Below are positions 52,070 to 64,000 of a stretch of DNA of 64,000 bases, in pieces. Below the pieces are notes generated by a model. The model had not been told where the DNA came from. It worked only from the letters and a program-made list of their open reading frames with translations, and did not search any database. Positions within the stretch are counted from its first letter, which is position 1. Each line of letters starts with the position of its first letter. The position numbers were made by a program, and so were the translations under genes. Origin of the DNA: Camelus dromedarius (Eukaryota); contig NC_087437.1 in assembly GCF_036321535.1 (NCBI RefSeq), positions 14,882,001-14,946,000 of the forward strand, written 5' to 3'.

Positions 52070-53260
52070 GTCTATGTAAGGTCTTTTGCATTTCCATATA
52101 CACTTTGGAATTACATTGTCAATTCCCACCAGAAAATATAAAACACTTATTGGGAGTTAGATTGTGAGTGCATTGAACCTATGTATTAATCTGGGAAGAA
52201 CTGACATCTTTTAGCATTGGGCCGCCACTCCACTTTCTGGGTATAGCCCTTCATTAATATATAGTTTCTTTAATTTTTCTGAGCAATATTTTATAATTTG
52301 GAATGTAAAAATTTTAGACATCTTTTGGTAGACTTGTTTCTTAACATTAGTTATTCTTACACTCTTTTAAATAGCATTTTCATGTTTTTTCATTTTGAAT
52401 ATAGAATTATAATTGATTTTTGTGCATTTACCTTGTATCCAGCAATACTGCCTAACTCATTTATTTTTCTAATATTTAACCTTGTTTCTTTAGAATTTTA
52501 TACATTTACTATCATATCATCTGTTAAAGTAAAAGTTTTATTTTTCCCTTGTCAATCCTTTTATTTATTATGTCTTTTTCATACCTGACCAGACTGGCAA
52601 GGACTGCAAGTGAAAATGTTGAATAGAAATTATAATAGCAGACCGTCTGATCTTTTTTCTCATCCTCAAAGGGAAAGCTTTCATTGACTATTTCACAACT
52701 AAATATGATTTCATATATAAATTTCTAATGTACATGTTTCACACACACACATACATACATTTTATCAGATTAAGCAAATTTCCTAGAATAAGTTTGCTAA
52801 GAGAGTTTTTAAATAAATGGTTATTGGATTTTACCAAATGCTGTTCCTCTACCCACTGATAAGTTCATATAATTTTTCTCCTTTATCCTGTTAATGTGAT
52901 CAATTACACTGATAGATTTATTTTTTAAAAGATAACTAATATTCCTGGAATAAATTCAACTTGGTAATGATTTAGTATTCTTTTTAGATATTGCTGGATT
53001 CAATTTGCTAATATTTTGCTTAGGATTTTTGCATCTATGTTCACAAAATGTACTTTTTTAAATCTTTGTCATGATAATCTTGATGGTTTTTGCTTTCAAA
53101 CTATACTTACTGGCCTCAAAAACTTAGTCAAGGAGTGTTCCTTCTTTTCCTATTACAATGTGTGTAAGATTGTTTTAATTCTTCTTAAATGTTTGGTAGA
53201 ATTCATCAGTGAAGCTATCTGGCTCTGGACTATTCTTCATGAAAAGGGTATTTTTATGGA
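52070..53260 (-). mobile_element. Old L1 ORF2 (RT region) fragment, antisense
   Basis: tattgctggattcaatttgctaatattttgcttaggatttttgcatctatgttca is the antisense of the conserved L1 RT MN.DAKIL.KILAN.IQQ region. Confidence 0.8.
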
Positions 53261-53326
53261 CTATTTTTACAGAGAAAGAATAGAACCACAAGAATCGTTC
53301 ATTGTTCAGGGACTTCTGAGGGCCAG

Positions 53327-53330
<4 letters not shown>

Positions 53331-53399
<69 letters not shown>

Positions 53400-53404
53400 A
53401 GAGA
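53331..53404. repeat. (GA)n microsatellite, about 30 units
   Basis: Read directly. Confidence 0.97.
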
Positions 53405-53639
53405 GGTGGTGGTGTGTGGCATTTCAAGTTACCTGACAGTTTCCTAAAAGGACTCTGCTGTTGGTTCTCAACTATCTCGGCACTCATCCCTGAGCCGGCA
53501 GGTCTGCAGGATAAACAGAGTCTCTGAGCACAGTTCCCAGGCTGCCGGATCCCACCTTCCCGCCTTCCCGATGACCCGGAGGCAGGTCTTTCAGAAGCGA
53601 AGCCCTGGTGCTGGGCAGAGAGCAGTGAGGGGATTGGGG

Positions 53640-53900
53640 AGGAGGGGCTGGTTCAAGCAGACAGAAGCTCTTTGTTTGCTCTGCTTCTTTGTAAATGAGG
53701 CAACATTTGAAAACAACAAATATTGGTTCAGAGAACCAACATCTCCGTGCCCATCCCCTCTAGGCCAGCCACCCAGCCCCCTGCATGTACACACAAGTTC
53801 AGCTCTTTTGACAAAAGGGCCAATTCTGTTGAAATTTCGGAGTTTTATTCAGCTTGTGGTGGAAAATTTGGGTCATGACTTAGACTGGTTTGTAGCTGGA
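53640..53900 (+). promoter_or_regulatory. Ortholog of the TF -3.6 kb liver enhancer with FOXA/HNF3 site TGTTTGCTCT (53673-53682)
   Basis: About 3.6 kb upstream of the TF start. GCTCTTTGTTTGCT...CAACATTTGAAAACAACAAATATTGGTTCAG and CTGCATGTACACACAAG resemble the recalled human enhancer. Confidence 0.72.
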
Positions 53901-55423
53901 AGCTTGCTTCTCTCTCTCTCTCTGTTTCTCTTCTCCCTCCCTCCCTTCTTCCTTTCCTTCCTCTCTTTCTCCCCTTCTCTTCTGGAGAAATGTAGAGAAG
54001 ATCAATATAAAAAAAAAAAAGGAAAGAAGATCAAAATCAAGAAGGCAGCTGTGGTCTAGAGAGGGCTGGGACTCAGGAGATTTGAGTTCAGGTCCCAGAG
54101 CTCTGTGAATGAGCACCTGCTATTTTACTGCAGTGTCCACATCTAAAAAATGGGGGCTGATCTCATCTTCTAAGACAGTTGGTCAAGATCACAAAGCCTT
54201 GCCCCAGAACAGTGCCTGGCACATGGAACAGCTGAAAAGATGATCCTTTCCTTCCACCAGAGCATGACAAGCCAGTGCATGCCTGAGGTTCTGCGGTGGG
54301 GACACCCAGACCTCTCCCAGAGAGACAAACCTCTCTGCAGACAGAAACGGGGGGCTACGCGTCTGTGGAGAAGTGGCAGGGCTAGGAGTGCCCTGTTCCT
54401 CAGGGTGAGCCCAGGTGAGCCCTTTGGCCTCTGTGTGTCCCCATTTCCTGGGAGAGTCCGGATCCCTGGTGCATTGGTACATACGCTCTGGAAGCAGACT
54501 GCCTGATTGTGCACCTGGCTCACCAGCTGACCCTGACAAGTTGTTAACCCCTTAGGGCCTCAGTTTCCTCATCTCATCTGTAAAATGGGATTCTAATGTA
54601 CCAATCTCGGACAGCTGTGGTAAGGGCCCAGTGAATCTCAGTAGCTGTTAGCCATCATTAAGCTGTAAAAGAGGGACAGTGAGCTTCCCAGCTGCAGAGT
54701 GTCTCCAATAAAGAATTAAACACCATATAAGAGAGCGCAGGGACAAGTGTCATGGGCCAGAACACTGATATTTTAACCTCTCTCCTCCAAACACCCCCAT
54801 CCAACCAGCCTTACAGCCAAGGTGGGTGAACATATACACCCACAGCTGGCCTTTCCCCTGCCTCCGGGGAGTGGCAGACACTCTAGCTTGTCCTCCTGAG
54901 CAGGAACCAAGGTCCACATGAGCAGATGATGGCGGATCCGGTTCTCTGTGTCTCCTCCAGCCCTTCTTCAGATCCCTGGGCTGTGCACTTTTTCTCCCTG
55001 CGCATCTTGGCCTTAGACTCAGAGGGCTCCATCGAGGCAGGGCGTGGGGTTGGCTAGCCAGAGTGGTCTCTCTGAGGGACTCGGGCTAGTCTGTGGGCCT
55101 GTTCCCAGAGGCGCTGCCTCAGGAAAGACTCACTGTGTGAGTGCAGGAGGGTCCCAGGGGGGAGGATCATGGTCCATCTGCCCGCCATGCCCTCCACTGA
55201 GCTGCCCTGAGTTGGTGGATTAGCTCCACACTTGGCAACTCTCCTTCCTGCTTCTGGGCAGACTCTGCAAGCTCATGCAGGGCCTGCAGAGGGTCTCAGA
55301 TGTGTGTGGGCATCCTGCTCTGTGTAGTCTCCTCCCAGCCAGCCCTGCCTCTGACTTTCTACCTCCAGCTTCATCTCTGTACCCTAAGGTTCCCCACATG
55401 AAGCCAGACTCCCCTAATGCCTG

Positions 55424-56510
55424 CTGGGTCATTCCTGGCTCCCTCCAGCAAAGTGGTCTCCAAACCTGGGTTTCCCAAGTCTTGAGGAGGAGGGCCCACG
55501 AGGGCAGGGGCTGAGGAAGGGCGGCAGCTGCCACTCTTCTTCATGGTAGGGCAGGGATTTGGAGGGCTGGGATTGTCATATGTCCTTACCATAGACAGAA
55601 AGTCCCTGCTAAAGCAGTGCTCTCTGCGGTGGGGTATGTGTAACCCCTTGTATGTGAGCCAACTTACTGGGGTGTGGGAAATAGAACTTACCTTCCGGTT
55701 ATATTTACTCTTCATGCAAAAGATGAACAAATTAACACTCACCCCTATTTCATATGGGGATGAGTACCGTCTCGCACCTCGTCTACAGGCCAGGCCGACG
55801 CATCATGGAAGGACTTTGAGGTGTCCTGAAGGAAGACAGGGAACACCTCACAAGGGGTGGGGTGGGGAAGGGGGTGCCGGAAGGTGCGACTCCCTGACTT
55901 GTCCTTTGCTTTTGGCTTTTGTGGCTCCACATTTTGTGGTTTGCATGTGCCCAGCAAAGTGGATGCACAGATTAGGTAATGTGGTTTAACTCCTCAGACC
56001 TCACAAAATGCACAAATGCCTTAGAAAGATTCCTGCAAAGAAACGAGAATTAGATGATTCTGGTAATACTAACACAGGTGAACAGAAATCAAATGACACT
56101 ACTGACACATCTAGTGTAAATTTGTTAGTGTAAATAGGACCAAAAACAATGGTCATCTGATTGGATTGGTTAAGAAGTAACTTAAGAAAATCCTAAAATT
56201 ATCTTGATGACTCTCTGGACTATGGATTTACAGCTACTATCAGAAACTTTGCCCTTTCCCTAAGTGTGTATTTTACCTTGAAATATTGTTCATTGTGTAT
56301 AGGGCAGAATAAATAGAGATTTTAAAATAAATGTTTCATCTTTGTCTCGTTGTTTAAAAAAATTTCTATTCCTCTCATGATTGAAATGTACACAATACTA
56401 GTTTTAAAAGTATATACATAGAATGGACCACCTCAGTATTTTCCGGATAATGATGGGCTATCAAAATGGTTTGGAGACCACTTTTCTGGAGGGAGCCAGG
56501 GATGACCCAG
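55424..56510. repeat. 43-bp inverted repeat (arms 55424-55466 and 56468-56510, 41/43 identical)
   Basis: Arm 1 ctgggtcattcctggctccctccagcaaagtggtctccaaacc; reverse complement of arm 2 ctgggtcatccctggctccctccagaaaagtggtctccaaacc. Confidence 0.95.
55615..56483. mobile_element. Charlie4-like hAT DNA transposon remnant
   Basis: Degenerate left end CAGTGCTCTCTGCGGTGGGGT and right end TTTGGAGACCACT; family assigned from recall. Confidence 0.6.
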
Positions 56511-57099
56511 GGCCTTGAGATCAGGCGACATCCTCTCCTGGGTCCCTTTCTTTGTGCTCCTGTGTCACTTTGTTCTGTGTGTCACAGAGACTTGACCACA
56601 TTCCCGGGCAGCTTCTTGAGGGAGAGACTCAGACTCCCTTGTAACTCTGTCCCTAGCCAAGGTGTCCAGCAGACTGTATGACAGGAAGGAAGGTTATCAG
56701 TCCCGGGTCTGTGTGCAAGGGGAGGGCCAGTTCCTCCGCAGGGCTTTAAGGGTCCAGGACGGAGCAGGATTTCTGGGGGCACCTGGCAACAAGTGAAGGA
56801 GGCTTAGCCTGTTTTTGACTCGAGACCAGCTTCATTCTTCCCTCACATCCTCTCCCAGGAAGGTCTTTGCCTGTCATTCCCCTGTTCTAGTCTGCATTTG
56901 GGGCAGTGCCCTTCCCTCTTCCATCTACGGAATGCGCACGACCAGCTCTGGCACCTCGGGATTCGGAAGCAGAGCCATCCCCGTCCCTGCCTTGGGCAGC
57001 TCTGCTCCTGGCACAGAACAAGTGCGGGTTAACAACGGGTTTATTTTTCTTTCCCTCTAATCAGCATTTTTCTGCTGGACTCCATCCATGGGTCCGTCC

Positions 57100-57235
57100 C
57101 AGAGGTCAGGAAATGAGGCGATCAGCCAGGGCGCGGAGAGAAGGGGGAGGGCTGAGGGGCGATTGGGCAAGCGGGCTGCGCAAACATAGGAGGTCAAAGA
57201 TTGTGCTTGGCCAGCCCCGCGGGGGATAAAGAGGC
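57100..57235 (+). promoter_or_regulatory. TF proximal promoter: C/EBP-type PRII (ATTGGGCAA 57162-57170), HNF4/COUP-TF-type PRI (AGGTCAAAGATTG 57191-57203), TATA-like GATAAA (57225-57230)
   Basis: Motifs are seen directly, in the order known from the human TF promoter (recalled). Confidence 0.82.
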
Positions 57236-57316
57236 GCCGGACGCAGGGAGGAGGCGCAGAAGCAGGTCCCTCTGCGCTTGGCATCCCGCATCTCATCGCA
57301 CCTCAGACCCGGGAGG

Positions 57317-57359
57317 ATGAGGCTCGCCGTCCGCGCCCTGTTGGCCTGCGCGGTCCTGG
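57317..57359 (+). CDS. TF: Serotransferrin exon 1 (MRLAVRALLACAVLG)
   Basis: aggATG start, 43 nt, gtgagt donor; typical artiodactyl TF signal peptide downstream of a TF-type promoter. Confidence 0.93.
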
Positions 57360-59354
57360 GTGAGTGCGGGCCCTGGGAAGGCCCGGAGTCGCTGAGCCCC
57401 CTGAGCCCCGGAGCCCGCCGCACCGGCCCTGGGCTTAGTGTTCTGGCTGGAAGCCCGGGACCTCTCCTTTACTTCTCCCCGCCGCCCCTCTGCACCTCCT
57501 TCAGCACAGCCTCGGGGACAGCTTTGGGGCAGCTTTACACCAGCTTGCATCTGCTGGCGCTGCCTGTGCCTCTGCCACTTTTCACGCTCTCCCTGCTTCC
57601 TCCTCCTCATACCCAGTAAATCTTGTAGTAGGGGAATACAATAAATTGGGGCACTTCCATCGTGGTTTAGCAAATCCCTTCGCTGCGGTTTCAAGCAAGT
57701 CCAAACAGCTTAGAATGGCTTTCAAGACCTCCCCCAATGTGCCCCAATCCCCAAGGACGGTCTGATGCCCCATGGATGCTGCTGATGCTCTCCATGGCCC
57801 GCTAATGAGGCAGGGCTGTCAAGGGGTTCAGAGTGTGGAATTTGAAGCCAAACTTTTTGGGTCCTTAGCAGTGAGAAGGGTACTATAGCCTGGACTGGGA
57901 GGGTCAGGTGAGAATAAATGAGACCACAGATCCAGGCACTAGTGGAGTGGACTTTGCTGCACACATCTGTGCTTCAGAGCCTGTCGCTGGATGGCCCTCC
58001 CACACCCATCATCTCTTGAAACTGTTGGGCCCCCTGTATCTTCTAACTTTTGCCTGCCACTCATGGGGCATTTGTCATATCTTTGGAGCCTTCTGTGTGA
58101 GGTTATTTGTCTCTCTGAAAAAGTTAGCCCTTGAGAGTCCACCCACCTTGCCTGCCTTTGCCCTCCCCTCTTCCCAACTTCAGAAAATCTCATAGGGCTG
58201 TGGAAAGTAAATACATGACTGAGGGCAAATTCCTGCCCTGGGACCTCAAGAGGGATAGTTTGGGGAGGGTTTGGAGAAGTGGTTTTGGGGAGGACCTGCC
58301 ACTGACCCCCTGTTGCCTGCTTTGATTTCCCAAGGGCAGAGGTAGAATAAAGGGTGCTTGGGGGGAGTAATTCCCTACGGCCCCTCCTTTTCTATCTGGG
58401 AGAGCCATTCCCTCCCTGCTCCTGCTTTGTGCTTTGCGGATATTCATCAACTTCCCTAAGTCAGCCCTGTGCTGTTAGTCCACAGAGAAGAAATGACAGA
58501 GGACTTTGGGGGCAGTGCCAAATGCTCACATCATGGGGACAACATGTCTGCAAATATGTGGATTAATAACTACAGACATGGCTGGCTTTAGCTTCTCCCA
58601 GTGGCAGCCAAAAAGCCTAATGGTAGAAACTGAGGGATGGGTCATCAGAAACAGAGAAAAACATTCAATACGTGGAGTTTCTAGTTATTCCTGAATCAAA
58701 GGATGACAGACAAGTGTCACAAACAAATTCATTGCTTCATCAATCATTTACCCCTATCTACTGGCCAAGAAGATGGAAAACAACTCAACGTTATCTTCTT
58801 TTGTTCCCTGGGCAGAGACCAAAGTCTGGAGACCTGGTCTACTAACTAGAGACCAGCTACTAACAGGCTAGGTAACCTTGGGTAAAGTAGCCCTCTCTGA
58901 GCCCAGTTTCCTCATCTCTAAAAGATACTAAATACTAAAAGATGTAATGCCTACCCTTCTGGCTTCCCAGAGTTGTAGCACTGAGCCAACACCTTGATGT
59001 AGCTAAAACTTCCTTGTGCATCCTGAAGTCTGTGTCCCGTGGCAGGTCACAGGCCATGACGATGAATGAAGGAGACTCAGAGAACAGAGGAGCAGATCAC
59101 TGTCTCCAACTGAGAGCTGATGGTCAAGCCGGCATCCCTCTGACCAGCACAGGCTGGTCAGTGGGAAACTAAGAGGCCACTAGTGTGCCCATCACTTGTC
59201 CCCAGACTCAGAGTGTAGCGGAGCCCATGCCCTTCATTGTTTGTGGACAGGAGTGGAAGGAGGGCAGGACAGAGGGGATGCAGCCTTCATGACCCTTCCG
59301 AGGGTGCAGCTGTCTCTCCCACTGACACAGGGATCTCTGGTGTCTCTCCCCTAG

Positions 59355-59524
59355 GGCTGTGCCTGGCTGTCCCTGATAAAACTGTGAGATGGTGCACCGT
59401 TTCAAGTCATGAAGCCAGTAAGTGCTCCAGTTTCCGTGAAAATATGAATACTGTCCTTGAGGCTGGTCCTGTTGTCTCCTGTGTAAAGAAAACCAGCTAT
59501 CTCGACTGCATCAAGGCCATTGCG
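59355..59524 (+). CDS. TF: Serotransferrin exon 2 ([30 protein letters not shown]...[10 protein letters not shown]); gene continues beyond the window
   Basis: cccctag acceptor, gtaagt donor, 170 nt, mature N-terminus VPDKTVRWC. No exon 3 found before 64000. Confidence 0.93.
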
Positions 59525-59929
59525 GTAAGTCACTGCTGCCTAAAGGAGAGTGGAAGAAAACCCATACTTTCTCTTTCTCCTGAGGTGATTCTGTACTCAC
59601 AGGTAGGGGGTGGCGTGGGGAGCAGCCAACTCCTAGTGCTGATAAAATCACTTCAGAAGTGGAAATAGGATCGGTCCACCTTTGATGAGTCGTAAAGCAA
59701 AATCCAACATACTCTGAAAGGGGACTATTTTGAGCCACTAAGTTCTCTGAACTCAGAGAATAAAACAAGAGTACTTACTATCAAGATGACCGTGTAACAC
59801 TGTTTTGGAAGTTCTCGATGCATTGCAAGATATAGATGAATGATGCACGCAGGGAAGAGGAATACATCGTCGTGACTGCAGATGATGGCTGATCCCTTTG
59901 ATTTCTAGGTTTTCCAAATACTCTTCACT

Positions 59930-60400
59930 CCTTCAGCATTGTTCCTGCCCATCTGAATATGTGTCAGACCCTGTGCTGGGCAATGGGGCTGCAGTGGTGA
60001 ATTTAAACACACATGGTCCTTACTCTTGAGGAGCATACAGTCTAGTCAGGAGAGAAGAAAAACATGCAAATAAGTAGACATGTAATTTCAAATTGTGTGA
60101 TGGACAACAAAGGAAAAGAAACAGAAACTCTCAGAGGAAACTTGCTTTGGCCTGGGTGTCAGGGACAATCTCCCTGAGAGGGAGCAATGAAGCTGAAACC
60201 CCAGGGATGAGCACAGGTAAGCCTGCCAAGGGCTATGGGTAGAATATGCCAGCTGATGAACCATACCATGTGCAAAGGGCCTGAGACATGGGGAGAGCTG
60301 GGCTTGTTTGGGTTTCTGTAGGGAGGCTAGGGTGACAAGAGCAGAGCCGGCAGGAGACTGGAAGGAAGAATGAGGTGGGAGAGGTTTACTCAGCCAAATG
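59930..60400 (-). mobile_element. L2 3' fragment in TF intron 2
   Basis: atgtgtcagaccctgtgctgggcaatgggg...ggagcatacagtctagt signature. Confidence 0.65.
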
Positions 60401-61389
60401 GAGCATGATTAACTCAAGGATCAGTGATTTGGTACAAACAACTGGACTATTCCGTGGTTTTTCAAAAAAACTGAACCTCAGTTACTATCATGGGTTAATT
60501 ATAATTCTTGATTTATTACATGCTTTCAGCTTTGGTATATGCATGCCCCTCTTTGTTTTTAAATATATTAATAATATGAAACAATGTTATCCACAAACCC
60601 ACTAGAGGTTCTTGGAACTTTGTCATTAACAATAGCTCACTTCTAGGGCGGCTGTGTGGCCGCACTGGATTCTGTGGGAACAGCACCACTCAGGGTGATG
60701 TAAGCCCTTGCCCTACTTACAACTACTTATGTGTTTCCCCATCCAGCGCAAACAGAATCCTTAAAATTTCTTGCCTTTTATCTTAGTTTCAAGACTTTTA
60801 TAGGTATGTGTGAATGTTCATATAGTTTTGCTTCTTAAAATATTTTATAAACATGACTTTACTATGTGCTGTCTTCTTATACTTGTTTTTCTCCCCCCAC
60901 ATATTATGCTAAGATTTCACCCCTATTGTTCATTCATTTTGAGAGCTCTACAAAAGTCCATTGTGTTAGGGTACCACAATTTATTTTTTCTTTTCGGGTC
61001 ATTAGGCATTTGGGTTGTTTCCAGTTTTTTGTTTTTCTAATCAGGGCTTGAGGAGTATTTCTATACAAATCTCCTGGGACACAAGTATTAATAGTTTTTC
61101 TTGAATATAGATGTAGGAGCAGATTTTCTGTGCCATGGGATATGTGAGTATTTTACTTTTAAGACAATGCCAAATGTATTTGGGTTTTAAGCAAATCCAA
61201 TGTAGTTATTCCAATTTCCACTCTCACCAGCAGTGTATGAGAGACTAATCCATATCATTCTTGGTGAATTTGATATTTTATCATTATGAAATAATCACTA
61301 TTTCTGTCAGTGCTTTTTGACTAACCTCTATTTTTCTGATACTAACATACTACATCAAATCTATTTTGGTTAGTATTCTCCTTCTGTAT

Positions 61390-61880
61390 CTTTTTCTTTT
61401 CCTTTTTTTATTGCAGTACCATCAGTTACAATGTGTCAATTTCTGGTGTACAGCACAATGTCTTAGTCATGCGTGTATAAAGACATATATTCGTTTTCAT
61501 CTTTTTTTCATTAAAGGTTATTACAAATATTGAACATAGTTCCCTGTGCTATACAGCAGAAACTTTAAAATCTATATATAGTGGCTAACATTTGTAAATC
61601 TCAAACTCCCAAATTTATCCCTTCCCACCCCCTTTCTCCCAGTAACTATAAAATTGTTTACTATGTCTGTGAGTCTGCTTCTGTTTTGTAGATGAGTTCA
61701 TAATGTCCTTTTTTTCTTTTTCTTTTTTTTAGATTCCACATATGAGTGATATCATATGGTATTTTTCTTTCTCTTTCTGACTTACTTCACTTAGACTGAC
61801 GATCTCTAGATCTATCCATGTTGCTGCAAATGGCATTACTTTATTCTTTTTATGACTGAGTAGTATTCCATTGTGTAAAT
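61390..61880 (-). mobile_element. Young artiodactyl/camelid L1 3' end, antisense, nested in older L1 sequence
   Basis: Reverse complement of the 27363 family, extending further 5'. Confidence 0.82.
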
Positions 61881-64000
61881 ACTGAGTCTTTTTCCATTCC
61901 TTTATTTTTGACTTTCTATGTGTTTATCCTTCAGGTGTGTCTTTTGAAAACTGTATATTGCTGGATTTTGTTTATTAATGCAATCTGACAATCTTATTTA
62001 TTTTACATGGTAAATTTAGACCAATAATAATCATTATCATTGATAAATTTTGACTTATTTCTGCCATATTACTTTTTCATTTCTCTTAGTCCTGCTTGCC
62101 CCCTAATTTCTGATTTTTCCTTTTCTGATTTTTAAAAATTGAGTTTGTACATGTGTGTGTTCATTTAGATTGTTTTCCCTTTATTCCTCTTTTCCCCCAC
62201 TGGTAGTAAACTTAAATGATTTATTTATATTCTTTAATGATTTCCTTTCAATTTTTATTGTATAATTTTAGCTTAACAAATTTTACAGTAAAATAATCCT
62301 GAGTCCCCTTCTGAAACAATAAAAAAACTGAAATACAGTAACTCAGACTTCCTTCTCCCCTGATTAGATATTACTATTTGATATTTTATGTCTATCTTTT
62401 CTTAACCCTGGAATGTAGACATTTCATGTATTTGTAGACAGTATATATAAATACTATACAAATATGTGTGTGTGTACATACCCAAAAATTCAGAAAGAGG
62501 GAGGGAGGAGAGAGAGAGAGAGAGATTTGGATTTACCTAACGTTTTTGCCATTTGATCTGCTTACCATTTCTTCTTATATTTCAGACCATCCTTCTGGAA
62601 TATGTTTTCTTCTTGAAATATGTTCCTTTGGTGCCATTTTAGAGTCAGTCTCTTGGTGTTAAACTCTCTCTGTTGTTTGCTTGTTTGTTTTGTCTGCAAA
62701 TGCTTTAATCGTCCCCTTATTCTTGAATGATAATTTTTCTGAATGTATAATTTTAGTTTGACATTTTTATACTGTTTTAAAATATTATTCCACTGTGTCC
62801 TGATTTTCATTGCAGTCATTGAAAAGTCTGGTGTTAACCTGTCATTCCTTCAATCATCTTCTCTCAGGATAACTCTGAGATTTCATGCCCTTGGTCTAGG
62901 ATGCTCCATATATTCACTATGATATTTCCAGTTATGAAATCTTAGTACTTATCTTGCTCAGAATATCCTAGATCTTTGGAGTTATGGTTTTCATCGGTCC
63001 TGGAAAATTTGCAGCATTATCTCTTTAAATACTGCCCTTTCTTCAGTTCTTTTTTAATGCTAGGATCCCAAGAAGACACATGTTAGGCCTTCTTTAATCT
63101 AGCTTCCATATTTTTTAACCCCTCTTTCATAGCTTCTGTCTCTGCACCTCTTTTTAGCAGCATCCAGGATAAATTCTTCAGATATCGCTTCCGGTTCCCT
63201 AATTCTCAATTTAACATGTCTACTCAACTTGTTGCTGATTCGTTCACTTTTTATTTCAACAGTTATATTGCTTTGCTTCTAGAAGCACCAGTTTAAACAA
63301 TTTTTCTTTTTGTCCCTGATAATTTCCTTCTCTGTGCTTATCTCCATGATTGTAGCTTTCACTTTGCACATAAAGTACACACGTTGTAGCACTTGTTCGT
63401 TGCTTCTGACAATTCGAACCTCCACAATCCTTGAGGGCCCAAGTCTCTTGTTCCTGTTGATGTCCATGCATTGTGGCCTGCCTCTTTGTGGGTTTGGTTA
63501 TCTGCACCTGGGAGGTCACGTGTGATTTTAATCCTCCCCCTCCCTGCTGGTTCGGGTTCCCTTGGGAACCCCTGTTGCTCTCATGGACCCCATGAGCTGG
63601 GACTTGGCTTGTTGGTTCCGGAGCCCCTGAGGCCCCAGTGAATCTTGCCCAGATTCCTGGTGTCTGGACCAAGAAAGCCCCAACCTCACTGCTCTAGAAA
63701 AAGCTCTTGTTTGTTTACTAATTTCCTTTTGGGGTGGGTGAGGAGAGCCTCTGGAGATTTCACCTACCTTTTGAGATATCAAGAAAGCCACAAAGATTTT
63801 GTCATATACGGAGTCTAGTTGTGGAATAAGAGAGTCCTTCACCAGTTGTGAATGTTTTCAATGGCACTGAAATGTACACTTAAAAATTATTAAATGGTAG
63901 ATTTTATGTTATATGCTTTATTACAACAAAACAACAAAAACAATTTCAACCATTGAAAGAAAAGTTTCAGCTAGACAAATATATTGTTTGGCTTACATTA

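Noticed and set aside
53016..53447. ORF with an ER dipeptide run
   Set aside because: Antisense L1 remnant running into a (GA)n microsatellite.

Overview
Mammalian genomic DNA, most likely a camelid, inferred from several Vic-1-like tRNA-derived SINEs and artiodactyl-type L1 3' ends. The window holds a tandem pair of transferrin-family genes on the + strand. (1) A complete 17-exon gene (ATG 1948 to TAA 38044) that I could splice by hand at GT-AG junctions into an uninterrupted 2100-nt CDS (699 aa). It has the hallmarks of the inhibitor of carbonic anhydrase (ICA/INHCA): Arg124->Trp, a short exon 4, a long exon 11, and loss of the C-lobe Arg456 and Tyr517. (2) The 5' end of serotransferrin TF: liver enhancer at about -3.6 kb, proximal promoter, and exons 1-2. 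The rest is SINE, LINE, LTR and DNA-transposon sequence. Most notable observations: a remodelled N-lobe ligand set in ICA (Glu63/His95/Tyr188/His249), a strongly TF-like exon 7 (possible gene conversion), degenerate HIF sites in the TF enhancer, MRE/HRE cores in the ICA CpG-island promoter, and a 43-bp inverted duplication upstream of TF. Residue numbers are human mature TF numbering. Comparisons to human, mouse or pig sequences are from recall, not from a search. Repeat family names and boundaries were assigned by eye and are approximate. I found no wholly new system; the novel items are hypotheses.
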